This document shows positions 27,901 to 39,358 of a DNA stretch of 64,000 nt, piece after piece. How positions within the stretch are numbered: the first letter of the stretch is position 1; each line of letters begins with the position of its first letter. The stretch is from Amphiscolops sp. MND2022 (Eukaryota), in assembly GCA_964187785.1 (NCBI GenBank), contig OZ076409.1, positions 46,812,001 through 46,876,000 on the forward strand. The letters run 5' to 3'. Both the position numbers and the translations under genes were made by a program. The notes below the pieces were generated by a model. That model saw nothing but the letters and a program-made list of their open reading frames with translations, made no database searches and was not told the origin of the DNA.

Positions 27901-30189
27901 GGTTGGTTGTCACCAGTTACCATTTTCTTGAAACAGTTAATGCAAAGGGCTTGGGAAGCAAAAGTTTCATGGGATGATCACCTCCCTTCCGAACTTGCCG
28001 ACCAATATTTGAAGTGAAGGACGAAATTGATCTCTTTAAAGGATGTGGAATTGCAACGATTCGTATTACTTGATGGATTCTCGGACAAGATTGAGTTGCA
28101 TCTCTTCTGTGATGCATCAGAAAGGGCTTATGCTGCTTGTATTTATATTGTTGCCACAGATTCTCATGGCAGGCGGAAGTCATCCCTGCTTGTTGCCAAA
28201 ACCAAGGTAGCCCCCGTGAAAACACAATCTGTTCCGAGATTAGAATTATGTGCTGCTTTGCTAGGCACTAGGTTATATCAATCTGTCATCAAGTCTATTG
28301 GTCAAACGCCAGTTGTTATTGAGAAAACCTTCGCGTGGACTGATTCAACAATAGTTCTGTGTTGATTGTCAAAAGAACCATCTCGCTGGTCAACTTTTGT
28401 TTCAAACAGAATTAGTGAAATTCAAGGTGAAAACAAATTGAATTGGAATCATGTGTGTTCCGAGGAGAATCCTGCGGATCCTGCATCTCGAGGAATTAAC
28501 CCTGACGAAATAAACCAACATGACCTTTGGTGGAATGGTCCGAAGTGGTTACTAACAGGGGCATTTCCGAAAACATTGTCAATTGTTGAAACATCTGAAG
28601 AGTTGAAAAAGTCGACTCTAACAACAGGAATTACCAGTCTTCAAACCTCTGTGGCTCACAGGGATAACAAAAAGGATGTTATTGATTTGTCGAGGTTTAA
28701 CTCCTTATACAAAGTCCTCCGAATTCTTGCTTACGCTAGACGTTTTATTGACAAACTGAAGAAGAACGTGGTTGTTTTACCAAATTACATTACTGCCCCA
28801 GAGTTAACAGAGTCAATCATAATTTTGATTCGCCAAGAACAAATGAAATGATATTCGGAAGAAATCCGAACTCTAGAAAATGCACAACAAGTTAAGCCCA
28901 AGAGTCAAATCTGCAAATTATACCCGTTTCTCGATAATGGCATTCTTTGTGTCGGAGGAAGATTAGTACATGCAAAGTTGCCCGAAGAAAGCAAGTTTCA
29001 AAGACTAATTCCTCAAGACAGTCACCTCGCACGTCTAATTGTATTAAATTCTCACCAGCTGACACTCCATGGTGGGACTAGTCAAACAATTGCTCATATT
29101 AGAACTCGTTTCTGGATTCCCAGCTGTAGAAATTTGGTTCGAAAAATGATAATGAATTGTGCCAATTGTAATCGCTTCAACTCGAAGCCAGTTTTCCCCT
29201 TGATGGGAGATCTTCCAAAGACAAGAGTTGACCCTCCTATAAAAGCCTTTGAGGACGTGGGCCTAGACTTTGCTGGTCCTTTCTTTCGTAGGAAATCTCC
29301 GAATTCTCTTGAGAAATCCTACCTAGCACTTTTTGTGTGCTTTGCCAGTAAAGCAGTTCACCTGGAACTAGTCTCCGATCTTAGTACAGCAGCATGTATT
29401 GCAGCCATTAGAAGATTCGTTTCTCGCAGAGGTTGTCCTAAAAATCTTTATAGTGATAATGGGAAAAACTTTGTTGGTTCGGATAAAGAAATAGCAGACC
29501 TTCAAAAGATATTAAGGAATGAACACTGTGACTCCTTGCAGGCTGAAGCAGCAGGCTTGCACATCAAGTGGTTCTTCATCCCTCCAAGAGCTCCTCACTT
29601 TGGTGGCCTATGGGAATCAGCAATCAAGTGTGCAAAGATACATCTCCGAAAAGTTATGGGAAACAAAGTTCTGTCCTTTGAAGAACTATGTACTCTACTT
29701 TGTCAAATTGAAATGATTTTGAATTCAAGACCAATCTGCCCATTATCAGAAGATCCAAATGACGAGTTTTTCTTAACTCCTGCTCACTTCTGCTTGGGTG
29801 GAAAGTTGGAGAATCTACCTTTGAGCCAAACTACCGATGATTTGAAAAACCCTGACAGTACACATTCACCCACAAAAAGATGGATACAAATACAGAAAAT
29901 GGTCTCTCATTTTTGGAAAAGATGGGTCAAAGAATATGTACTCTCCCTGCAAGAAAGAAATAAATGGAAACTAGAAACTTCTAATTTGAAAGTTGGTGAT
30001 ATTGTTTTTGTAATTGATGACAATGTTCCCCCACTACAGTGGCCTTTGGCTAAAATCCAACATGTCTACACCGGCCCAGACAAATTTGTGAGAGTCGTAA
30101 AAATAAAAACCGCTACAGGAATCTACAATCGACCGGTGCATAAATTGAAGAAAATGTTTGATGCTAATTTCAATGATGAATTCAAATGA
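24907..30189 (+). pseudogene. BEL/Pao Gag-Pol polyprotein (1760 codons, one frame) with three in-frame TGA stops (28015, 28363, 28849)
   Basis: LKLPKLQLPTFTG gag motif, three Cys/His knuckles, protease LLDSGS, RT YVDD, RNase H FCDASERAY, integrase H..HGG/CxxC/DFAGP/SDNG/WE. All four ORF pieces share one frame. Confidence 0.97.
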
Positions 30190-30297
30190 CTTTGTTCCCT
30201 AACCTTATATATCCTTTACTGTGCCTTATTTTATTGCGCTTGCGTGTTCAACGCTCTTGTTAATTTCTTCCCTGCGAAATCAAGGCAGGCGGTGTTA

Positions 30298-30584
30298 TGT
30301 TCTGAATGGAATTTTATTTGAAATCGATGAATCATTCCTTCAAATAATTGACTTCAAACAAATTATAGTTCAAATTTGTAAAGCATACATGTATCTTGGA
30401 TGAATATTTCCCTCGGCATTTTGTAAATACTTTCACATGTGTTTTTTGTTTTCCCGCATCCTGTGTGTTTTAATTGCTAGACACAAATCTTCCGGAAATA
30501 ATAATTTTTCCTTTTTTAATCATTTTTTGGCTGATGGAGCGGCCTGGTCCGCCATTAGAAAAGTAGGGCTATCGGTGAGACACA
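30298..30584 (+). repeat. 3' LTR (287 bp) of the young BEL/Pao
   Basis: Matches the 5' LTR and is followed by TSD TATAG. Confidence 0.98.
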
Positions 30585-31353
30585 TATAGTTTTCAAATAT
30601 TTCAGATCCTCGCTCTCTTAAATTTTCTTTAAAATTACTTGTTTTTTTTGTGTTCTGTTTTTCTTTGCTCTGTAAATTTTGTAATCCGTTCGTTTTTGTC
30701 GATTTCTTTGCCCGCTGGTGTTGCTTTGCCTACCTCCTTTGTCACTTTCTAATGGATTACCTTTGGTACGTAAGTGGAGTTTTTTACTTTCTTTGACTAT
30801 GCAGTACCCACTGAACCTACTGCTTGTATTGGGAACATTCATAATCAGCTTATTCGTTTCGATGACATAATTTGACCGTAAATGTAATCAAAATTGACTG
30901 TCGATATTACGAAGTTCCTATCTTGATCCTCGGTAATTTTCAGTCAAGTGTACAAGTTGTTGCGCTTTTGTGATTTTTTTTCAAGAAAGTTTTGTCCATT
31001 GACATAATTGTCTTTCGCCAGTTTCATTTCTGAACAGCTTTGTCTCCTGTTTATGCCATTTGATGTTTATATAACAAGTTTTTTGAAAAAAAAGCTCGAC
31101 TTTCACAATGATAAGTTTTTCCTCTAGTTCAACCTGATGCGCCTACTTTTTTAAAAACTTTTTAGAATCAATAGTTCAATTCGAAAGTACCAACTTGGAT
31201 TTTCGAATGTATTCATAATCTTTATTTTTATTCGGCGCATTTTAGAAGAAAATGAGCGCTACAAATACAGTGACAATTTTTTTCTCTTTTCGTCAGATAA
31301 CAGAACGTATAAGTAGTGGACACTTTTTGCACAACTACTAAACTACTGAACCG

Positions 31354-32355
31354 ACAAGCGGAAACGCATCTAAGTCAGTGCAAAGGGTCCCCCTTCAAGT
31401 TTCATTTATTCCATTTTAACGTAAGATACAAATTCGGATGAGACTATACAGTCCCCCTTTGGATTTTATCGGCACTATGGGACTTTTTTCCGAACATTTT
31501 TCAATGTCTTCAAAGGGCTCCTCGTACAATTTTTCGACATTTAGCAACAAATTGGATGTTAAAAAACTCAAAGGGTCTCCCTTTCACATTTTTCGGCATT
31601 GTGAAACTTTTCAATATGATCATTTTTTGTCGTAAAATAAGTTTTCTCACAAACTATATCCGAACTTTTGACGTTATATCCGAAGTAAGTTGCGTTTCAT
31701 TGAAAGGGTCGAGGCGAAGTTCGAATATGTTGCGCTACACCCGAAGTTCTGAAGTTATATCCGAAGTATTTTGTGTTTCTCCTAAGACGAATCGGAGGTT
31801 CGAAATTATTGCGCTATATCCTATTTTTGTTTTTTTTTCAAGTCGGGCGTTTTTTTGGTACGATGCGACTTTTTTCTAATTTGTTTTCATTGAAGCCCCC
31901 CTCGGTTTTTAGTAGAAACAAAACGTTTTGCGAGCATAGAGGATTCCTTAGGGTTTTCGGCACTATGCGACTTATCGGAAACAATTTTTAAGAGGAAATC
32001 CAAAAAATGTTTGAAAATTTTTCAACCTCCATTTTTTGCTTTTTGAATTTCGTTTTTTTCAACTCATATCCATCATTAATTCTTGTTAATACTATCCGAA
32101 TTTTTGACGTTAAATCCGAAGTAAATTGCGTTCTACTAAGGAGGAGGCCCAAGGTCAAAAATAGCGCTCCCACGTGACCCGGCAAACTGTAACTGAACTT
32201 TTGAAGCGTTTTGAGCACGAAAGTTACCCTTTGGTTGTTTTGACAATGTTCTTTTTCTTGGAGTTTTTCATGAAAAAAGTCCTGAGCATAGTTTTAAAAC
32301 TTTGCGCTGTTTGAGCCTTAAGTATAGCGCCGACTTTAGACGTTCCTGTCTTGTT
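31354..32355. mobile_element. ~1-kb non-autonomous repeat element with imperfect terminal inverted repeats (TIRs)
   Basis: Left end acaagcggaaacgcatctaagtcagtgc resembles the reverse complement of the right end (aacaagacaggaacgtctaaagtcggcgc). Internal ttcggcactatgcgactt and tatccgaa motifs recur; the former is also seen at 60.1-60.5 kb and 63.0-63.7 kb. Confidence 0.55.
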
Positions 32356-32434
32356 CTTTAATTCACTATAGTGAATTAAAGAACAAGACAGGAACGTCTA
32401 AAGTCGGCGCTATACTTAAGGCTCAAACAGCGCA
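32303..32434. repeat. Perfect spacerless palindrome, 132 bp
   Basis: 66-bp arms with centre cacta|tagtg at 32368/32369. Confidence 0.97.
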
Positions 32435-32454
32435 TTTTGCATATTTTTTTTGCA

Positions 32455-32705
32455 TTTTGCATTTTTTGCGATTTTTCACTATTGTGAAGGAAATGTTGAT
32501 TCACTTATATAGGTCCAAACAAACACACAATTCAGACACAAAAAACTAAGCTCGTGAAATGTCTGAAAGTCGACAGTATACTGTCAACTTTCAGACATTT
32601 CACGAGCTTAGTTTTTTGTGTCTGAATTGTGTGTTTGTTTGGACCTACCTAAGTGAATCAACATTTCCTTCAAAATAGTGAAAAATCGCAAAAAAAAATG
32701 CAAAA
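32455..32705. repeat. Near-perfect spacerless palindrome, ~250 bp
   Basis: Centre cagta|tactg at 32578/32579, with only a few mismatches between the arms. Confidence 0.95.
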
Positions 32706-33349
32706 TTAGTCTTCAAAAGACTTTGTGGCAGGAATGTTTAATTACATGATATATATTTGCTCATAAATGCACTCGTTAAAGGTGATTGTGTTATAAGTTA
32801 AAAATATTGATGAATGCTTTTTTATTCGATTAAATTGTTTCCAATAATGATGTAGCCCGAATTAGCTAGCAGCATTAACTATAGTTAATCTTTTTTAGCT
32901 CTCTGAATATACGAAAGATCTTGGTTTCAGCACGAAATGTATCATTTTCCTAACATTTCTGCCGATAGCTCGTGGATGCTTTTTCACTTGGCTTAGTGGT
33001 TAACGTTGGTTTCTTTGTCTAGTGACGGGGCTTGGAAATTGGAGTATATTAGTTTCGAGACCACGCTAGGACCAAAATCTGTAATATGCTTGCAATGGTA
33101 GTAGAGAGACCAACTTATCCCCTTTTTGGGTGTTTTCTTCCTCATTGTGCATTTTTGCTGATTTTTCTTTACCGAATTTCCCGAAGTTTTTGAATGTTGT
33201 CAGGGACAACAAAGCGTTTTGCCAGTTGAGAAGGCTCCTAAGGGTTCGTCAGTGCTGTGCGACGTTCTATAAAAGTTATTCCACCTGTAAGATTTTTAGT
33301 TTTCCAGTAGCTTTAACTATTTGTTGAGAATAGCTCCACTACAACTCAA

Positions 33350-34709
33350 TTAAACCCGTAGGTACCATGCACGAGACAAAGACTGGCTGAGTATCTACAT
33401 AAATTTTTATTAACTCCGAAGAAGAGACGAATCAACTTAATCGAAGGCGGTGGGGGTAAGTGTGACAAGGAAATCACGATCTTTACAACTTTGCTATTTT
33501 TCCCTCTTTCAGGGGTTTGTCTCGCTACTCTTGGGCTGTTTGAAATTATCTTTTCGCTGATGAAAAGAAGCAGGTTGAACTTTAATTACTATACATCAAA
33601 TAAATAAGTCGAGTAATAGACACAAATACAATTTCACATCCACGAATAATAGAATGAATAATATGATAACATCGATAATAGCGGAGAATATTACTGAGTA
33701 TATTAGCAGGCATATTAGGAGGCATATAACACGAGAGAACAGTAAACAAGAATTTCAGCAAGGTTAAGTTTTTGTATCCGTAAGGATGGGGGTGATATCG
33801 AAGATATCGGAAGAGTCAACTCGCCGCAAAATCTCTATCGGTCTTGGAGTGAAAACAACAATCCGTGTATTATCAGCCCACTTAGGCTTAAACAGTGTAT
33901 TATCAGCCCACTTAGGCTTAACCGTGTATTATCAGCCCACTTAGGCTCAACCGTGTATTATCAGCCCACTTAGGCTTAACCGTGTATTATCAGCCCACTT
34001 AGGCTCAACCGTGTATTATCAGCCCACTTAGGCTTACCGTGTATTATCAGCCCACTTAGGCTCAACCGTGTATTATCAGCCCACTTAGGCTTAAACCGTG
34101 TATTATCAGCCCACTTAGGCTCTTTTACATGTAATACGATAGACCAGCAGTCCACCCTACTCCCGGGTCGAAATCCGTACTAGCGAAAAGCGGGGTAGCA
34201 ACAAATCAGGCAACTTCAGGTTGTTAGGCTGAAGGCACGGGCTAACCGGCCAGACGAAGTAAATCTGCAATTTCGATAGTCCGGCGTCTGATGCGGGATG
34301 CTATCGGACGCAAAGCAGCAAACCGTTCTCTAGATCTCAACTCACTTTGTGTGTCGCTAAAATGGCGCACACTTCGGCCTAAGTTACTTTTTCGGCAGTT
34401 TAGTCATATCATTATTCATAGTTTATCATCTTTCCTTTTTCGGGTTCTGACTAAGTGTTGAGCAATACAGTTTTTTCCTACTTCGGTACTGAAAGTTCAT
34501 CAGAAGTACATTTTCTCAGCACGAGTTTGTCCTAGTTCCACCTCCTTGTCAATCATGACTGATGGTTTTACTTCGTTTTCAATAGAATTTAAGGGGTGGT
34601 GCTACTGACTCAGTGTTTCCCACTTTTGTAAGCACGACTTGAACTTCGGCTTACTGATTGACATTTGCACTTTTTGCCAGGTCTCCTTTTTCTCACGCGG
34701 TTCCTGACA
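33350..34709 (+). mobile_element. Possible truncated LTR-element 3' end: pol tail, polypurine tract (PPT) and a long LTR
   Basis: Frameshifted RRYHAR...RLAEY resembles Gypsy pol C-termini. Purine-rich AAGGCGGTGGGGGTAAG is followed by TGTGACA at 33461, with a candidate end ...CCTGACA at 34709. No partner LTR. Confidence 0.4.
33863..34122 (+). repeat. Minisatellite, 9 x 28-30 bp (ccgtgtattatcagcccacttaggct(t/c)aa)
   Basis: Head-to-tail units with no spacers. Confidence 0.97.
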
Positions 34710-34730
34710 ACTCTCTTCAGCTAAGAATGG

Positions 34731-36328
34731 CTGAAGGATACAATTTTCTGCAATTTACAATGACCTAAAAGGCGATTTTAATTCATATCTAAAAAAGTCG
34801 ATTTTCGTGTTACAACTTCTAAGGGCAAAAACAAGGTGTTCCGATCACGGGGGGCAAAAACCAAGTACACCATTTGAAAGTACAATTCACGGGCTACAAA
34901 AGCTTACTTCATAGTTTTCTTTCTATTTCAACTCCTTTATAGTGAAAAACGCCTTTAAAGTTTGGTAGTCAAAAATCACCCATCGGTTTTCACGCAAATC
35001 TCAACTTTGGAGTGCTAGTACTCAGTCAATTTGAAAGATACAGGCTGGGGGCTTATATACATCGTTAGCCCAAGCCATTAGGAGTATTTTGCACTTTAGA
35101 TGAGGTCTCTATCTTTTCTCAACAAAATTTGATAGTACTTTTTCTGAAAGTAGTCATTTTCCCGATTTTTATGTCTGGACTTTCAACTTTGGAGGCCAAT
35201 ATCTCGAAACCAGGGCATTTTTCGGAAAAACGCTTCTGCTAAACGCTGTGCGCCTGGGTCTTGTGCGTCTACCCTGAAAGTTTCAGCTCGATATCGCCCA
35301 AAACATGCAGGGGGGGGTTCGCATTTTGGTAGGTCGACATCCCTATCGGCTGAAAGAAATCACAACTTTAAATTCTTGGGGGTTCTTCGCTAGCGCACCG
35401 CAGCACTCTATTTATTATTCTATTCACTCCTCCACTTCAATTCTCAAGTACGCTGTGAAGGGGGCGGCTATTGTGCGCTTACACGTTGAGTACTAAGCGA
35501 TAACATGCGAAAAACGGCTTTTTAGGCCATTTTAGGGCTGTTTTTAACGTTTGCTGGCTCAGTTCTCAAAAACTACTGAATATTATTTATTTTCCAATTA
35601 ACACAAGTTAGGGCATCCATTTATCTTTAATTTAAGCCATATCCGAACATTTTCTGACAACTGTAGCGATCACACGAAATTTTTAAACGAAACTCAATTT
35701 TGGAAAATCGTCAAAATTTTCAATGCACTTATTTTCAAAGCTTCCCCCCGATAGGTTCCCGGGGTCGCACAACGCTCATATTCTCAACTTAAGCTCTCCT
35801 TTGGATGGGCTTTCGAGTGTTGAAAACCGTTTGTTGCTATCTTTTTTCATCTTCGAGAAATCGGGTTTTGATTTTTAATTTCTATTAAGAGGGGGGATTA
35901 ATTCAAAGTGTGCGGCGGCCGTTTTCTTATTAGCTACGCGTACAGCCACTCACAGCGCGTTCTAATTTCCATTCCTTTCGCTTTCTGACACGCTTAGGTG
36001 AGTTGCATTCAATGCTTATACCGCGTACTGTGAAGTTTCACTCTCGCATACCCTCAAATACACGTATTAACATAGCGATTTTGACTAAATTCTACATACC
36101 GTGAAAATGGCTTCATCTTCTAATTCTCGATCTTTAAAGTACAAAACTGATTACTCAACACGTAGTCAGGTCAAAAAGGAACATTTTGGTGGTTTAATTT
36201 TTCTTATATTCGCAATAGGTATTGAGAAATTCAATGTTAAAGTTTCGTTCCGAATAGAATTTTGTTACATAGGTCTGAGTGGTGGCGGCCGTCTCACTGC
36301 ATTAGTACGTTGCGCGGTCGCTTCATAG
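34731..36328. mobile_element. ~1.6-kb non-coding insertion flanked by a 13-bp direct repeat
   Basis: CAGCTAAGAATGG at 34718-34730 and 36329-36341. Confidence 0.45.
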
Positions 36329-36493
36329 CAGCTAAGAATGGTTCTTTTAGTAGTCCGCGAGACTAAAGACAATATTATTGACATTAAACAATAGTGTGAG
36401 GTACTTGAGGTACTTATTGTAATCTTTACTTTTATACGATATCACCCCTTAAAATCTACCTTGCTGATGAACTAAAATTTAATAAACACCAAA

Positions 36494-36860
36494 TCATGAG
36501 CGAAAAGTCAAAAATCCTACACCACCAAAGCGTCCCACCCTGAAGTTTGTAAGAGTTTCAGTTAAATAAAAGTCGTTTATAGGTTGAACGATTACAACAT
36601 TGGATTTTTCCTCACAATGTGACACAATGTGACCGAAGGGCGCAACTTCGTATCGAATCAGTGTCAATTTTTTGTATCTTTTTAATTTGAAGTATATCAG
36701 AACCGCTTTCGGATATACCACTTGTTCCACTGGAAAATGCGCTTTTACCAAATTGATGACCTTTTATCCGATTTTTTTTCCAACTTGTGTTCGAATTGTT
36801 CTAAGTATTGCCGGAATTAAAGGTTCTACCCAGACCAATGTCGAATTTTTTATCTTTTCA
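36494..36860 (-). pseudogene. Possible LINE remnant (ORF1 end and APE endonuclease N-terminus)
   Basis: IVSHCEEKSNVVIV...LTET...GRFGGVG loosely resembles the APE N-terminal motifs. Confidence 0.3.
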
Positions 36861-39094
36861 ATTTGAACAATAAAGCTACCCTTTTCCGACATAACGTTTG
36901 CAAGGATGAAGCAAACACACTGAAGAAGTCGATTCCCGATCTTATTCCAAAGTTATGTTAGCCAGTGCTACTTGCGTCTTGTTCACGTTAGTCAGAGTAA
37001 CGGAATCATATCAGGTTGAATTATGGTAGTGATGATCGCCTGTGAATTTTGTAAATAAGCTGCAATTTAGTTTTTCTGCTTAAAGAAACAAGATTTAGAA
37101 CTTGATGACGGTTTTATTTCCAAACAATTTTCGACAATTTTTGAAATTAGTTTTAGACTACCTTTTCTGTTCCAATTTTTTTCCGAATGCCAGAATTGTA
37201 AAACAGGAAATCTTTCAAGGTATTGAATGCCTGGAAAAGTTCTTGGAAAATGTTTAGGTTTGTCTTAAGGAAAACGGATCACATTGCATGATCTTGTCAG
37301 GAAATCTAACATGATCTTGCAAAGAATAATATTCAATCTCAGTCGGGAAGCCCCTCCTGAAAAAAATCAGGAAAGGGCAGTTTTCGTTGCAGAAATAAGA
37401 AGATAGTGCTTTGGATCAGTTTTCGGTAGATTACGAAGATACATCACAATTTGCAAGCGCAACTCTACATTGTAGATATTTACATCTATAGATAATAAGG
37501 AAAATTCCCGCTCAGCGTACAGAAATTTAAATAAATATATGTCGTATGCAAATTTCATTTCTTTACGTTTTTGAAAACCTGATTTTACTGTTGGAATGAA
37601 TAAAACCCACATTTCTACAATTTTATTACTTCAATCAGTTTTGTCGGCCATGTTTACGGTCGGCCGACTGACCTAGCACATTCAGGAGTGGGGAATTAGA
37701 GAACACGTATTTGGTGACAATTGAAGAAAGAAAAAGGTCATTAATCCGTAGTGTTTATATATTTTTGTGTTTTTTGTCGCGTGCAACAGAATAAGTCGCG
37801 CCTTTTAAGACCCATTTGCTTCATTACAGAAGCATGGCACAATAAAACTGGTCAAAACTGATCATTAATATTGTATGTAGATATCATAAATTTACAACCA
37901 TTGCCGCCCGCCGACCGAATGCTTTGGAAAGTTCATTTTCTTGGTGGAGATAACGTAACGTAACGTGTTTCAGAAATTACATCATGCATGCTATTTGGAC
38001 CCCCTTACAATCATTAATATTCAAGTGGCATTCAGCTATATGAAGGCTCGATTTTCAATCAAAACAACGAACTTTATCAATTTTTCCTATCATGCTTTCT
38101 TGTTTTGAAGGAAACATCGCACAGAAAATTTTTGAATCCGTTTTGATGTATACTTAACGCTATAATGCTATTATGATTATTGTTAGCAAATATTTTCAAA
38201 CAGAATATACAATTTTAATTCGGAAGAGTAAGATGAATAAATCAGCGGACAACACTAAACGTTTCTCCAGCGCTCAACGAATTCATTCAACGAAAATGGT
38301 TTTCCCCGTATACTTTTCAAAAAGGGAATCGAGAGAAATACAGACTTTCACTTCAATTTTCAGCTGTAGAAGTGGAAGCAGAAGATAAATCAACATTCAT
38401 TTCCAGACAACGCTTTTTCGAGAAAAAATTTTTACGCTTTTACAAGAATTACGACAGTCACTGATTACATCAGGGGAGAATTTGATTTTAAACCTGCTTC
38501 TTCTTTGTATCTGTGAAAATTATTTGATTCGTGTGATCATTGGATTCTTCTAGATAAAAATTTTCATATGAATTTCGCTTTCAGAGAACCAATGAAAGAT
38601 CTAATAACACTGAATACTTGTCAAAAAGGTAGCACTATGTCCGCTTAGCGCATCAAACGCCATCTTTGAAAGCCAGGAAGCGAAATGTTTCCGGGAATAC
38701 GAAAAGAGTTGGATGAAAAGAGCTATTGGTTTCCCAATAAGTTATTTTTAAAAAATACTGCAAGCGAATTAATGAATTTGGGTATCGAATGCACTTTTGT
38801 GATTATCGAAGTGAATATTTACAGCTTCAAAAAATCAGAACAAGCTATGGCCGAAAGTATCTTGAGAATTACATTTACCAACACCTATTTACTTTTCGCG
38901 ATTACATTGGTACTGTAATTGAAAAGAAAAAGATGATATACAAAATTTATGTAGAGTCAGAGGTGTAATTCCTATTAGATGTCTTCAAATTTTTCCTCAG
39001 TCTTTCACCACCAAATTGACTCGAGAAAGATCTACTAGTTGATGGAAATGCTGCTTAAGCCGATCCGAATTAAATGATACACTTTTCGAACTGT

Positions 39095-39311
39095 ATTGGA
39101 TAAATTGAGATTTTTCAAGGACCGCTGTTTTAAATCAATTTTTAATCAGTTGTTACGATCAGTTTTTTCTTTGAGTTTCTTTGAGCTTAAGCTAAGAGAT
39201 AAACTGGCACAAAATGGAAGACGTTGGAAACTCAATGAAAAAACTGATCGTTACAACTGGTTAAAAATTGATTTAAAACAACGGTCCTTGAAAAATCTCC
39301 ATTTATCCAAT
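39095..39311. mobile_element. MITE-like foldback, ~84-bp imperfect arms and ~48-bp spacer
   Basis: attggataaattgagatttttcaaggaccg...gagtttc pairs with gaaactc...cggtccttgaaaaatctccatttatccaat. Confidence 0.8.
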
Positions 39312-39358
39312 GTTAAAGTTTCAAGTAACCAAATTTTGGAAGCCTATAAAAATGATAC

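Larger units (their letters stand above)
23483..30584 (+). mobile_element. BEL/Pao LTR retrotransposon, young, with an extra 5' ORF
   Basis: 287-bp LTRs (TG...CA) with 4 substitutions seen by eye. Perfect 5-bp TSD TATAG (23478-23482 and 30585-30589). PBS, PPT-like AAGGCAGGCGG and a complete Pao domain order. Confidence 0.98.

Noticed and set aside
25652..28225. Antisense ORFs in the BEL gag-pol (likewise 52129-52599 and 55019-55489 in the Gypsy)
   Set aside because: These are shadow ORFs opposite coding sequence, with no independent motifs.
33863..34122. CRISPR array (29-bp repeats with an internal hairpin)
   Set aside because: Units are contiguous with no unique spacers, there are no cas genes, and the context is eukaryotic.
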